Shown here: one piece after another, positions 30,856 to 40,462 of the stretch
Position numbering within the stretch: position 1 is the stretch's first letter
Layout: each line of letters begins with the position of its first letter
Source of the DNA: an uncultured bacterium
Lineage (GTDB): Bacteria > Oederibacteriota > JAAXVQ01
Assembly: GCA_964604705.1 (NCBI GenBank)
Contig: CAZSAP010000013.1
Span: forward strand, 21,388-85,387
Direction: 5' to 3'
DNA length: 64,000 nucleotides
Translations under genes and position numbers: made by a program
The notes under the pieces: model-generated
The model's database searches: none
What the model was told of the DNA's origin: nothing
What the model saw: the letters and a program-made list of their open reading frames with translations, nothing else

Positions 30856-32139
30856 ATGAGTTTCTCGTTTCTCTTTCTTTCCCAGTTGATCCATAAACCG
30901 GTCATTGACCGCAGTACCGGGAGAAAAATCGGTTATATCTCCGATGTAATCGCGGACATCACCAAAATCTATCCCCATATCACCGGTTTGATTATCAGCC
31001 GCCACTGGTTTGATCCCGGCCAGTCCTTGCCCATTGGCTGCATCGATATCCCAGAAGCCAAGGGGCCGGTCCTGGCAGAGAACGCCTTAGACTCGCTCAA
31101 TCCCAAGCTCAGCTTGGCCAAACATGAAATCCTCGTTCGAGAAACCTTTCTGGATAAGCAAATTGTGGATATCTCCGGCTCACGTTTGGTTCGGGTCAAC
31201 GACCTCCATCTGTTGATTGAAAAATGCAACATCTGGATTGTGCACATGGATGTCGGATTCTCAGGTTTGCTTCGCCGCTTGGGTTGGCTCCACGTGTATC
31301 AGAAACTGGTCCACTGGTTGGTGGACTACGACCTGGAAGATAAATTTATCCAATGGAAGTTTGTGCAACCCTTGGCCGATGCCCATTCGGCCGGCACCTT
31401 GGCTTTGAAGATTTCCTATTCCAAGCTTTCCAACATGCACCCGGCGGACTTGGCCGACATCTTGGAAGACTTGGGTACCGACGAACGCGAGACCGCATTC
31501 AAGGCTCTGGATATTTCCACCGCCGCCCAAACCATTGAGAAGCTGCCCATGAAGACCTCGTTGCAACTTCTGCACACGCTTTCCAATGACACACTGTCCA
31601 AAATTCTAGATGAACTTCCCATGGATGAAGCCGTGGACTTGCTCTCGGAGTTGTCCCGTAAAAAAGTAAACTCGGTTTTCCGCAACCTCCCCAAAAAGAA
31701 GGTGCTGGATCTCAAGGAATTGCTTAAGCACTCCAAAAATACCGCTGGCAGCTTGATGAACACGGAGTTTATCACAGTCAAATCCAGCACTACGGTCAGC
31801 CAGACGCTGGATAAGATTCGCGACGAGCATGAAAAAGCCGAATCCATTTACTACATCTACGTACTCAACGAGCAGCGCTCGTTGGTCGGCGTGCTCAGCC
31901 TGCGCGAGTTGATCCTTGCCAAGCCGGATCAACCTGTGACCGAGATCATGGCCAACAAGGTCATCAAGGTTGGCGTGGATACACACATTGAAAAAATCGG
32001 ACAGTTGTTCCTTAAGTATAATTTCCATATGCTCCCGGTCGTGGACTCGCATCACAAGATCAAAGGCATCATTTCCGTACGCGACGCCTTGGAAGCGTTT
32101 TCCCCGGATATTAAAGATGAAGTTGAGGGAGGCGCTTAG
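30856..32139 (+). CDS. Cytoplasmic regulatory protein: PRC-barrel-like N-terminus, MgtE N-terminal domain and a CBS pair. It has no membrane domain.
   Basis: Motifs DLADILEDLGTDERETAFKALD and LLSELSRKKVNSVFRNLPKKKVLDLKELL match the MgtE_N domain. Two CBS-like segments follow (ITVKSSTTVSQTLDKI..., LPVVDSHHKIKGIISVRDAL). Probable start is MSFSFLF at 30856; the track starts at TTG 30814. Confidence 0.7.
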   Translation: MSFSFLFLSQLIHKPVIDRSTGRKIGYISDVIADITKIYPHITGLIISRHWFDPGQSLPIGCIDIPEAKGPVLAENALDSLNPKLSLAKHEILVRETFLDKQIVDISGSRLVRVNDLHLLIEKCNIWIVHMDVGFSGLLRRLGWLHVYQKLVHWLVDYDLEDKFIQWKFVQPLADAHSAGTLALKISYSKLSNMHPADLADILEDLGTDERETAFKALDISTAAQTIEKLPMKTSLQLLHTLSNDTLSKILDELPMDEAVDLLSELSRKKVNSVFRNLPKKKVLDLKELLKHSKNTAGSLMNTEFITVKSSTTVSQTLDKIRDEHEKAESIYYIYVLNEQRSLVGVLSLRELILAKPDQPVTEIMANKVIKVGVDTHIEKIGQLFLKYNFHMLPVVDSHHKIKGIISVRDALEAFSPDIKDEVEGGA

Positions 32140-32142
32140 CCC

Positions 32143-33411
32143 ATGATCGCAGTATGGATGGAAAAACTCAGACAACGTCCCTGGTTCATCAAACTGGCGC
32201 TCTTCTTCTCCATCATGGGGCCGGGCATCATTACCGCCAACGTAGACAACGACGCCGGAGGTATCACGACCTACTCCGCAGCCGGTGCGCATTTCGGTTA
32301 CGCCCTGCTCTGGTCGCTTATTCCCATCACCGTGGCCTTAATCCTGATCCAGGAAATGTGCAACCGCATGGGAATTGTCACGGGCAAAGGGCTTTCCTCG
32401 CTGATCCGGGAAAAATTCGGCGTAAAGTTCACGTTCTACCTCATGACGCTGGTGCTCCTGACCAACCTCGGCAACATCATCGCCGAATTCGCCGGTGTGG
32501 CCGCCAGCGCCGAACTTTTCGGTGTAAGCAAATTCATCTCGGTGCCTCTGGCCGCCATGCTGGTCTGGACCATGGTGGTGAAGGGCACCTACAAATCCGT
32601 CGAGAAAATATTCCTGATTGCCTGTATTTTCTACATCACCTATTTGGTTACGGGGTTTGTGGTCAAGCCCAACTGGCATCAGATTGGGCGGGAATTCATA
32701 ACGCCTCAGTTGAAATTCAAATCCGACTTCCTCATCATGCTCATTGGTATTGTCGGTACCACCATCGCACCTTGGATGCAGTTTTACCAACAAGCCTCGG
32801 TCGCCGAAAAGGAAATCAACATCAAGGACTACGCCTACTCCAAGGCCGACACCATCCTTGGCAGTATCTCGGTCAACCTGATCGCGTTTTTTATCATCAT
32901 CGTGTGCGGAACCGTCCTGTTCACCGAACCCAAAGGCGGAGTCATCATCGAGACCGCCGCCGATGCGGCCAAGTCCTTGGCGCCTTTGGCCGGCAACTAT
33001 GCGTCCTGGCTTTTCGCCTTCGGTTTGCTCAACGCCTCCCTGTTCGCCGCCTCTATTCTGCCCCTTTCCACAGCCTACAGTGTTTGCGAAAGCTTTGGCT
33101 GGGAGACCGGTGTCAACAAACGCTTCACCGAAGCCCCTCAGTTTTATACCCTTTATACTTTTTTGATTCTGTTTGGCGCCGGGTTGATCATGCTCCCCAA
33201 GATCCCCCTCATCCAGATCATGCTTATTTCGCAGGTGATCAACGGCTTGGTTCTGCCCTTTGTCTTGGTCGCCATGCTCATTATCATCAACGATAAAAAA
33301 ATCATGGGTGAGCATACCAACAGCCGGCTCAACAACATCATCTCCATTGCCTTTACTGTCGCCATCTCCCTGCTCTCGCTGGTCTTGGCCGTGGTCTCGG
33401 TCAGCGGGTAA
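32143..33411 (+). CDS. NRAMP (SLC11)-family divalent cation transporter with a non-canonical metal site (DPGN replaced by DNDA; MPH replaced by APW)
   Basis: 422 aa with 11-12 TM helices. The TM1 region GPGIITANVDNDAGGITTYSAAGA aligns to the canonical GPGFL..IDPGN....QAGA. The TM6 region IVGTTIAPWMQFYQQAS aligns to canonical ...A..MPHN.YLHS. Confidence 0.8.
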   Translation: MIAVWMEKLRQRPWFIKLALFFSIMGPGIITANVDNDAGGITTYSAAGAHFGYALLWSLIPITVALILIQEMCNRMGIVTGKGLSSLIREKFGVKFTFYLMTLVLLTNLGNIIAEFAGVAASAELFGVSKFISVPLAAMLVWTMVVKGTYKSVEKIFLIACIFYITYLVTGFVVKPNWHQIGREFITPQLKFKSDFLIMLIGIVGTTIAPWMQFYQQASVAEKEINIKDYAYSKADTILGSISVNLIAFFIIIVCGTVLFTEPKGGVIIETAADAAKSLAPLAGNYASWLFAFGLLNASLFAASILPLSTAYSVCESFGWETGVNKRFTEAPQFYTLYTFLILFGAGLIMLPKIPLIQIMLISQVINGLVLPFVLVAMLIIINDKKIMGEHTNSRLNNIISIAFTVAISLLSLVLAVVSVSG

Positions 33412-33449
33412 TCCGGTTTCTACAACTCTGAACGCCTGAGGAAAGGTCT

Positions 33450-34751
33450 ATGTCTTTGCGCCTGGCTTTCGTCAATCCCTGGATCCATGACTTTGCTGCC
33501 GTCAATCTTTGGGCCCGTCCTCTGGGGCTTATGCAGGTTGCGGAGTTTCTCTCGGCCTACACGCGCGACCTGATTTGGATTGACTGCCTTGAAGGAGCTT
33601 CGGTCAAGCGTTTTGGTACTGGCAAATATCCCAAGCACATGTTGCCCACACCCCCGATCCTGGCCGGAATTCCCCGCACGTTCGGACGCTACGGCATCTC
33701 ACCCGAAGCCTTCCGCCAGCAACTCCGCCACGCCCTGCCTCTGGATGCCATTTTAATGACCAGCAGCATGACCTACTGGTATCCGGGTGTGCATGAGGCC
33801 ATTCGTATCTGCAAAGAGGAAGCCCCCGGAACCCCGATCATCTTAGGCGGGATCTATGCCCGGCTTTTCCCTGAACATGCTCGCTGCACCTCAGGCGCGG
33901 ATGCCGTATACCCTTACGCGCTCGACACACGTCTGTTGGATACCTTGGCCTCGTTTGGGCTGACCCTAACCCAACGCTTCCCCACCCAGAGGTTTTATGA
34001 CTTGTCCCTAGGCACCCAGACTGCGTACGCTCCGTTGCTCACCACCCAAGGGTGTCCTTTCGCCTGCCCTTACTGCGCCTCATCCTTGTTGCACCCGCAC
34101 TATGTTCAGCGTCCTGTACCCGAGGTGCTCGCCGAACTGGAAACCCTGCATGCGTTAGGCATAACGGATATTGCCTTCTACGATGACGCCCTGCTCTACG
34201 CTCCGGAAAAACACATTCAACCGCTCTTGCGTGCCTGGCTGCACACTGGCAAAGAGCTGCGCTTTCATACACCCAACGGCGTGCATGCTGCGTATCTGGA
34301 TGCACCTACCGCCGAGTTGCTCTATCGCGCCGGATTCAAGACCTTGCGTCTGAGCTTGGAGACCACCAACCCCGAACGCCAGCGTCGCAATGGAAATAAA
34401 ATCAGTACTCACCAATTCGAAGAAGCGTTAACGCATTTATCCCAAGCTGGATTTGCCTTGCGCGATATTGGTGTGTACATGCTCTTGGGCCTGCCTGGAC
34501 AAACCTGGGAGGAAATACAAACGGACGTCGCCTACCTCATGCGGTGGGGGGTAAAAATCCATCTAAATGACTATTCGCCCATCCCCGGCACTCCCGACTG
34601 GGACCAATGGTGCAGGTCACCAACGTTTCCAGACCATCCCGATCCCCTGCTGACCAACAATTCGGTATTCACCTGGATGTTTGCACCCTACGGACAGGAC
34701 AAGCTGCGTCATTTGAAAGAAGCGGTCTCGCAGCACCTACGCACACTTTAG
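33450..34751 (+). CDS. B12-binding-domain radical SAM protein (class B-like), function unknown
   Basis: N-terminal Rossmann-like B12-binding-type region, then the cluster motif TQGCPFACPYCAS (CxxxCxxC). 433 aa. Confidence 0.7.
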   Translation: MSLRLAFVNPWIHDFAAVNLWARPLGLMQVAEFLSAYTRDLIWIDCLEGASVKRFGTGKYPKHMLPTPPILAGIPRTFGRYGISPEAFRQQLRHALPLDAILMTSSMTYWYPGVHEAIRICKEEAPGTPIILGGIYARLFPEHARCTSGADAVYPYALDTRLLDTLASFGLTLTQRFPTQRFYDLSLGTQTAYAPLLTTQGCPFACPYCASSLLHPHYVQRPVPEVLAELETLHALGITDIAFYDDALLYAPEKHIQPLLRAWLHTGKELRFHTPNGVHAAYLDAPTAELLYRAGFKTLRLSLETTNPERQRRNGNKISTHQFEEALTHLSQAGFALRDIGVYMLLGLPGQTWEEIQTDVAYLMRWGVKIHLNDYSPIPGTPDWDQWCRSPTFPDHPDPLLTNNSVFTWMFAPYGQDKLRHLKEAVSQHLRTL

Positions 34752-34822
34752 GCAGCTACACATATTCAGATGGATTCAACGAGAGGGGGCGACCTACACT
34801 GGATGATCCACTAAAACACCGT

Positions 34823-35722
34823 CTACATTTGCAGCAGCTTCTCGGTTTCCTTCCACTCTTCTTCCACCAACACACACATAAGCGCCAGATCCGACGGCAC
34901 AATTCCCAACACGTGCATAAGTTCCAACTGCTCCTTGCGCGGCATTTCTTCTGATACCCGCAGGGGAAAAACCATCTTGGCCACCAAGTCCGCCAACTTA
35001 ACTCCGGCCAAAAGCAAATCATCGTACACTTCCGGCTCGTGGTGCCGACGAATGGCCACAAACAGCTCACGGGGAAACTTCCAAAAATGCGCAATCGCCA
35101 TGCCTACTTCGGCATGGTTGGCACCAATAAAATGTTCTTCGGCCTGGCAATAGGTTGGGAATTGTTTATCCGCCACACTTTGCCGAATCTTTGCCAACAG
35201 TGTCTGTGAGATGTAGCGCTCAAGCAGCAGCTTCCCAATATCGTGTAAAAGGGCCGCCGTCGACAAACCGTTGGGTAGGTCCACTGGGGAAAAACGGCGA
35301 AGACTGGATGCGGCCAAATACGCAGCCACACTGTGACGCGCCAACTCATTTTCACCCAGGTCGTAACCCGGACAGGCTTTTTTCATGGCCGAGGCCAACG
35401 AAGACATCAACACCAGATTCACAATGTTCGTCATGCCCAGACGGTTCAAGGCATCCTTGACTGTCATGATCTGAGACGCACCCCGACTCCACGCGGAATT
35501 GGCCAAACGCAAAAGATTGGCCACCAAGGCCATGTCGGTTTCGATCACACGTGAAACTTCCTGGAATCCAATTTCAGGTTCGTATTGCACCTTGGCCAGA
35601 TAGGCCAAACTCTGAGGGACGGGTGCCAACGATTCAAAATCCTTGGATTCAATCGGACCCAACGCTGAAAATGCGTCGGTTAGTCCAGCCTCTTCTTTTT
35701 TCGGTGCAGCAGGGGTACTCAA
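34823..35722 (-). CDS. HDOD-domain signalling protein
   Basis: HD-related output domain pattern (...TAALLHDIGKLLLE...). Confidence 0.65.
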   Translation of the reverse strand: MSTPAAPKKEEAGLTDAFSALGPIESKDFESLAPVPQSLAYLAKVQYEPEIGFQEVSRVIETDMALVANLLRLANSAWSRGASQIMTVKDALNRLGMTNIVNLVLMSSLASAMKKACPGYDLGENELARHSVAAYLAASSLRRFSPVDLPNGLSTAALLHDIGKLLLERYISQTLLAKIRQSVADKQFPTYCQAEEHFIGANHAEVGMAIAHFWKFPRELFVAIRRHHEPEVYDDLLLAGVKLADLVAKMVFPLRVSEEMPRKEQLELMHVLGIVPSDLALMCVLVEEEWKETEKLLQM

Positions 35723-35927
35723 AACGATTCACCTCGGACTTTAGGCATACTTATTATAGGTTCGGCATTTTTCAGCCCAGCTTGATCCAATAACAATTTC
35801 GCCCTAATTATTCTGAGTTTTTTAGGAAGCCTGGGGACGGTTTAAATTCGCACTACTTTTTCCTTACGTTTTCTTAGATTTTCATTATAATGGCATATCG
35901 ACACAACGCAAAAGGAGTCCTGCTCAT

Positions 35928-36296
35928 ATGCCCGAGTACGGTGGTGCCCATTTTGACCGTAGAATCTATCCACGTCTGGATGCAACCCTGCCTTGCGCGT
36001 TTGACCTTTCCGAAGAAGCGCTGCCTGAAGGCGTTACGTCCAATGTCTCCCTCGGGGGATTGCTGGTGTATTTGCCCAACGACGTGGTTCAAGGGCAAGT
36101 GCTGGTGATAAAAATGAAACTTCCCTGTGCCGATGGCGATCGATTTTTCAGAGCCAAGGCTGAAGTCATGTGGTCACAAACCGGAGAGTTCAAGGACGGT
36201 TGGAGTTGTCAGGCGGGACTGCGCTTTATCGAAATGGGCGATGAATCCTTGGATGTCTGGAAAAGCTTTCTCACAACCTGGTACGAAAAAAAATAA
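35928..36296 (+). CDS. PilZ-domain protein
   Basis: RxxxR motif (FDRRIYPRL) and D/NxSxGG motif (NVSLGGLLV). 122 aa. Confidence 0.7.
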   Translation: MPEYGGAHFDRRIYPRLDATLPCAFDLSEEALPEGVTSNVSLGGLLVYLPNDVVQGQVLVIKMKLPCADGDRFFRAKAEVMWSQTGEFKDGWSCQAGLRFIEMGDESLDVWKSFLTTWYEKK

Positions 36297-36302
36297 GGTC
36301 CC

Positions 36303-37289
36303 CTAGGACCCGGGTGGGACCACTACTTTTAATGCCCCTGGCACCACTTCGACCAAAGCCGGCGTGGTGCCAATATACTCTGCATCCACATGGACTGGAT
36401 GACGTCCACGGCTGCTTACATAAAGCGTCTTGCACTGAAAAATCTCTGCATCCAAATACTTTTCCAAATTTCCCATGCGCAAGGCCCAAAGGTATCCCAC
36501 AAAATTCCACAAATTTCGTCGTTTCAAAAGACAGACATCCAAAAAGCCATCGCTCATATCCGCCCGACTGGAAATCACCATTTCCCCGCCGTAGTACTTG
36601 CCGTTCCCGACCACCAGGAAATACCCCATGTGCACACCCGGTTTTCCGTCAATTTGAACCACAATTTTTCGAAAGGGGTAGGTGAAATAATGCATGGCCG
36701 CTGTGAGCGGATAGGCAATGGCACCCCAGGCCCGCTTGATCCGTGAATCCACGTGCTTTATGACAAACGCATCAAATCCGACACCTGCCATGCAGACAAA
36801 ATACCGGTCTTGAATCCGCCCCAAATCAATTTTCCGGATCGTTCCCCGTGCCAGCGTGCGACAGGCGTCATTCAGATCCGTCGGCAGATTCATGAGCAAG
36901 CCGAACACATTGATGGTTCCGGCTGGAATCACACCCAGCGCGACCTCCGAGCCGGCCAACCCGTTGACCACCTCATTGACCGTACCGTCCCCACCTACGG
37001 CAATCACCAAATCGTAGCCAGCGTCCACACATTCGCGCGCCAAACGCGTTCCGTCTCCCGGGGCCGAGGTGCAAGCCGCGCTGGCTTGAATCCCATACCG
37101 ATGCAACCGCTCCAAGATTTGAACCAAGACATGTTCTCCGGCAGGAATCCGTTTTCCCGTTTGTACCGTGAGCCCCAACAACCATCGGATCAGCCTAGGT
37201 AATTGCATTCCCCTCCCGGAATGGGGATTGTAGATCACCATGGCCTTTTGAAAACGCGGATGCGGTTTAGTTTCTGCTGAAAGTTCCAT
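36303..37289 (-). CDS. Diacylglycerol-kinase-catalytic-domain lipid kinase (YegS/BmrU-like)
   Basis: Motifs VIYNPHSGRG and VIAVGGDGTVNEVVNGL. Confidence 0.8.
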   Translation of the reverse strand: MELSAETKPHPRFQKAMVIYNPHSGRGMQLPRLIRWLLGLTVQTGKRIPAGEHVLVQILERLHRYGIQASAACTSAPGDGTRLARECVDAGYDLVIAVGGDGTVNEVVNGLAGSEVALGVIPAGTINVFGLLMNLPTDLNDACRTLARGTIRKIDLGRIQDRYFVCMAGVGFDAFVIKHVDSRIKRAWGAIAYPLTAAMHYFTYPFRKIVVQIDGKPGVHMGYFLVVGNGKYYGGEMVISSRADMSDGFLDVCLLKRRNLWNFVGYLWALRMGNLEKYLDAEIFQCKTLYVSSRGRHPVHVDAEYIGTTPALVEVVPGALKVVVPPGS

Positions 37290-37333
37290 GATATCTTACG
37301 ATCTCCTATTGGCGGTGTCCGCTGTTGCTTGGA

Positions 37334-37636
37334 TTAACACTCGTAATCCACTACGGCCCGTTGCGCGGTCACGGCTTTAACAAACCCAACAACCTCCTGA
37401 TGCGCGGGATGCACCTGATACGCATCCAGTGCGGCGCGCGAATCAAACTCCGTAAGCAAAACCAAATCAAACACCGCTTCAGACCGGTTGTACGAGACCC
37501 CGACTTCCAATGCCCTGATTTCTGCAATCGCCTGAGGTAACGCTTCCAACCGATTTTTCATGCGCACAATGTTCTCTGCGCGCGAAGCTCCTTCGGCTGT
37601 GTCCTTGAGTTTCCACATCACGATATGCTTGACCAT
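37334..37636 (-). CDS. Dabb-family stress-responsive dimeric alpha/beta-barrel protein
   Basis: 100 aa. N-terminal MVKHIVMWKLKD and overall Dabb length and pattern. Confidence 0.65.
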   Translation of the reverse strand: MVKHIVMWKLKDTAEGASRAENIVRMKNRLEALPQAIAEIRALEVGVSYNRSEAVFDLVLLTEFDSRAALDAYQVHPAHQEVVGFVKAVTAQRAVVDYEC

Positions 37637-37820
37637 AACAACCTCCTAAAACAATCCATGTAGCGAATGAGCTTTATTATAAACATCGAGGTCAAAACCC
37701 GCAAGCAAAGGATGGTTAGATGCTGATTTCAAAGGAAGATACCTTACCCCAGAGTTATCGATGTCATTTCGTTCATAAAGGAGATGGTTCTGACACAATC
37801 TCCATTTTAAAAACATAAAC

Positions 37821-37868
37821 AAAAAAAGACGGCATCCTTTTAAAGGACGCCGTCTTTTTTAATTAATT
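37821..37868 (-). terminator. Rho-independent (bidirectional) terminator downstream of the TonB-dependent receptor gene
   Basis: Palindrome aaaaaaagacggcatcctttt-aaaggacgccgtctttttt with flanking A/T runs. Confidence 0.7.
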
Positions 37869-37879
37869 CTAAAGGAGAC

Positions 37880-40036
37880 TTAAAACTTATACCCCAGGGT
37901 GGCCAAGATCCAACGCCCTGGCTGCCGGAAAGGCGTCACCGTGCCTCCCATATAATACTCCGTATTCAAGAGGTTATTGACATTTATGGTTAAATCCATG
38001 GTATTGAAAAACTCCTGGGCAATCACAGTCAAGTTAAGGATCGTTACTCCAGGCAATTGATACGTAGGTCCAAAATCCGTCATGCTGGCTTTGGTGGGTG
38101 ACTCAATGGGCCCAGTCCAATTGGCCGTGAGGTTGAGATTGAGGTATTTAATAGGAGCGTAATTGACGCCGGCATTGGCCATGTGGGTAGGTATATTTTT
38201 AATGGTGTTGTTGACCAGCTGATACGAACTGCGCGGATCGGCCGGCAGATCCGTATTCCCCATATCGGGTTTCTGCCATGTGTAGTTGGCAAACACACCC
38301 AATGTTTCCAAAATGTCAGCCTTGACTTCGCCCTCCACACCTTCCATGGCCACTTGCCCAAAATTGGTATAGGCCGCAAAGCCGGTTTTTTGATTGATGA
38401 CATCTTTAATGATGTTGTAGAAACCCGTCACCGATGCCGAACTGGCTTTGCCAAAATAATATGAAAATTGGGTTTGATACGAATCCATAACTTCCGGTTT
38501 TAAATCCGGCCCACCGTAGTACCCGAGCTTCCCAGAATTGAACCGATAGAAATAGGACGGATTAAGGAACGACCTGCCATAAATGGTTTTCCAAAACATA
38601 GGCTTAAAAAAACTTGGATTGTAAATAACCGAGGCCCGCGGGTTAATGGACCCACCGACTTCCTTGTAGTAATCATCCCGCACGCCGAGATTGATCATGA
38701 CCTGATCGAAAAATTTATAATCCACCTGAGCATACGCCGCCAGATAGTATTCCCCGCCGGGACGAACAGGAGCATCCAACAGATAGACCGGATTGGTATT
38801 GTTGGGGTAACCGGGCGGCAAGAGTGTCCCAGCTGCGTTTTGATAATTCACACTGGCCGTGGTGCGCAGCAGGTCTCGTTGCTCGGCCTGCACTCCGACG
38901 AGGACCGACCCCTCCTCAAGTTCATAGCTGCCCGAGTAATTTACGCCGTAATCCTGCCCTTCAACCTCCCAAAAAAACATTTGGCCGTTGGGTGCCGCAT
39001 CGCGCGCCACCGCCGGACGCTGCCACGAGGACCAATACAAATAGTTATAATATTGATTCAGTTTGAGGGTGACATGCTCGGCTACGGTGTCCTCCCAGGT
39101 AAGATTTAAGTCGCCGTACCGAAACGTTTGTTGGAAATCCACCGGATCAGACATTGCTCGATCGTAAAGCTGACCTGCGTTCCCACCGGGTTGGATATAG
39201 TTGGAATTGCGAAAATCCGCATCGAATACAAATTTGCCTTCCTTCAACTTCAGACCCGTATCAAAACTCGGACCGCGCTTGTCAACCAGCATATACCCGT
39301 CAATTGGACGCGTAGCCGAATCTTTCCCGGCCGGCAAATCCACCTTTTCGCCTTCGGTCCGATACACCGAACCCCAGGCCAGAAGCGATTCAGTGTCTTT
39401 ATACTTCTTGCCAAACACCGCGTCAGCCTTAAACTGTTGCGGCATCCCGTACCCGAGCTTTACCGCGGTCCCGTCCACGTCTTCCGCATCTTTCGTGATG
39501 ATGTTCACCACACCGCAAAGCGCCGCGCTCCCGTACAAGGATGCACCCGGACCGCGCAAAACTTCGATGCGTTTCACATTGGCCAAGGTAAGGCTATAAT
39601 CGTGTTCAATGCTGTTCCACATCCAGTCGTTCAACCTGTGTCCGTCACGCATGACCAAGAACTTTTGATTGGTGGAGGCAAAAATTCCCCGCAGCGCCAC
39701 AATATGTTCGTTGCTATCTTGAATAACGGTAAATCCTGGTACCGTCTTCAAGACATCCATGAGAGTGCGCGCACCCATACGCTGGATATCCTCAGCGGAA
39801 ATAACGGTCATGACCGCCGGCGCCTCGGCGATGGTCTGTGCCTTTTTTGCCGCTGTAACAACAACCGGCATAAAGAGCAACAGTTCCGGACTTTCCAAAC
39901 CTGAGACCGTAGCGCTGCTGGCTGCCGTTGTATTCGATAGTGCTGGCGTAATCTCCGTCATACCTTCCTCAGCGCCCACACGTCCAGTGCAAAACAACAA
40001 CCCCACCACCAAACCCAACTTTAAAATTCTTTTCAT
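37880..40036 (-). CDS. TonB-dependent outer-membrane receptor
   Basis: Signal peptide, plug domain (VVVTAAKKAQTIAEAPAVMTVISAEDIQRMGARTLMDVLKTVPGF) and a C-terminal beta-barrel ending LGYKF. Confidence 0.85.
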   Translation of the reverse strand: MKRILKLGLVVGLLFCTGRVGAEEGMTEITPALSNTTAASSATVSGLESPELLLFMPVVVTAAKKAQTIAEAPAVMTVISAEDIQRMGARTLMDVLKTVPGFTVIQDSNEHIVALRGIFASTNQKFLVMRDGHRLNDWMWNSIEHDYSLTLANVKRIEVLRGPGASLYGSAALCGVVNIITKDAEDVDGTAVKLGYGMPQQFKADAVFGKKYKDTESLLAWGSVYRTEGEKVDLPAGKDSATRPIDGYMLVDKRGPSFDTGLKLKEGKFVFDADFRNSNYIQPGGNAGQLYDRAMSDPVDFQQTFRYGDLNLTWEDTVAEHVTLKLNQYYNYLYWSSWQRPAVARDAAPNGQMFFWEVEGQDYGVNYSGSYELEEGSVLVGVQAEQRDLLRTTASVNYQNAAGTLLPPGYPNNTNPVYLLDAPVRPGGEYYLAAYAQVDYKFFDQVMINLGVRDDYYKEVGGSINPRASVIYNPSFFKPMFWKTIYGRSFLNPSYFYRFNSGKLGYYGGPDLKPEVMDSYQTQFSYYFGKASSASVTGFYNIIKDVINQKTGFAAYTNFGQVAMEGVEGEVKADILETLGVFANYTWQKPDMGNTDLPADPRSSYQLVNNTIKNIPTHMANAGVNYAPIKYLNLNLTANWTGPIESPTKASMTDFGPTYQLPGVTILNLTVIAQEFFNTMDLTINVNNLLNTEYYMGGTVTPFRQPGRWILATLGYKF

Positions 40037-40400
40037 TTTTCCCCCTTAAATAAAAGAATTTTACAGCTACCGGTCTTTATAAGCGTCCGCTGGTCCTTCC
40101 TAATTGTACTTGAGGCAATTCACCCCCAAAGCTTAAGCCTTACGTTCTTAGATAGGGTTTCTCTTACTTGGTCTTATCTTAGCAACGGTATTTTACCGAA
40201 TTTCTTGACCACATTACCAGACATAAAAGCTTTTTCTTTGCATCCCTTCAAGGCTGCAATCGCAATAGGAATTATCATGGGTAATCGCCGTTTAAAGGGT
40301 TGGTGAATGGAGAAATCGATGGCGAACCCGAACTCCCCCCCCCGCCAGCCTGACTCGGGCTGTCTCCCCCTCTTTGGCAAAGAGGGGGCTAGGGGGAGTT

Positions 40401-40442
40401 GAAATAAAAAAGAGGTCTGGCAGGTTTCCCCACCAGACCTCT
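40401..40442 (-). terminator. Rho-independent terminator of the lipoprotein gene, with a second GC-rich hairpin at 40366-40388
   Basis: Hairpin agaggtctgg (40411-40420) and ccagacctct (40433-40442), with a minus-strand U-tract at 40401-40410. An upstream hairpin ccccctcttt-ggca-aagaggggg is also present. Confidence 0.6.
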
Positions 40443-40462
40443 TTGGTTCAACTAAATCAGCC

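Noticed and set aside
32154-33315. Alternative-frame ORFs (plus 380 aa, minus 325 aa) across the NRAMP gene
   Set aside because: The NRAMP frame gives a coherent 11-12-TM protein with family motifs. The alternatives are R/H/G-rich with no membrane or domain signal.
40037-40462. Possible cobalamin or other riboswitch in front of the TonB-dependent receptor
   Set aside because: No B12-box-like or TPP-box-like motif found. The GC-rich hairpins there are better explained as tandem terminators of the upstream lipoprotein gene. The 139-aa ORF at 40174-40593 spanning them looks spurious.
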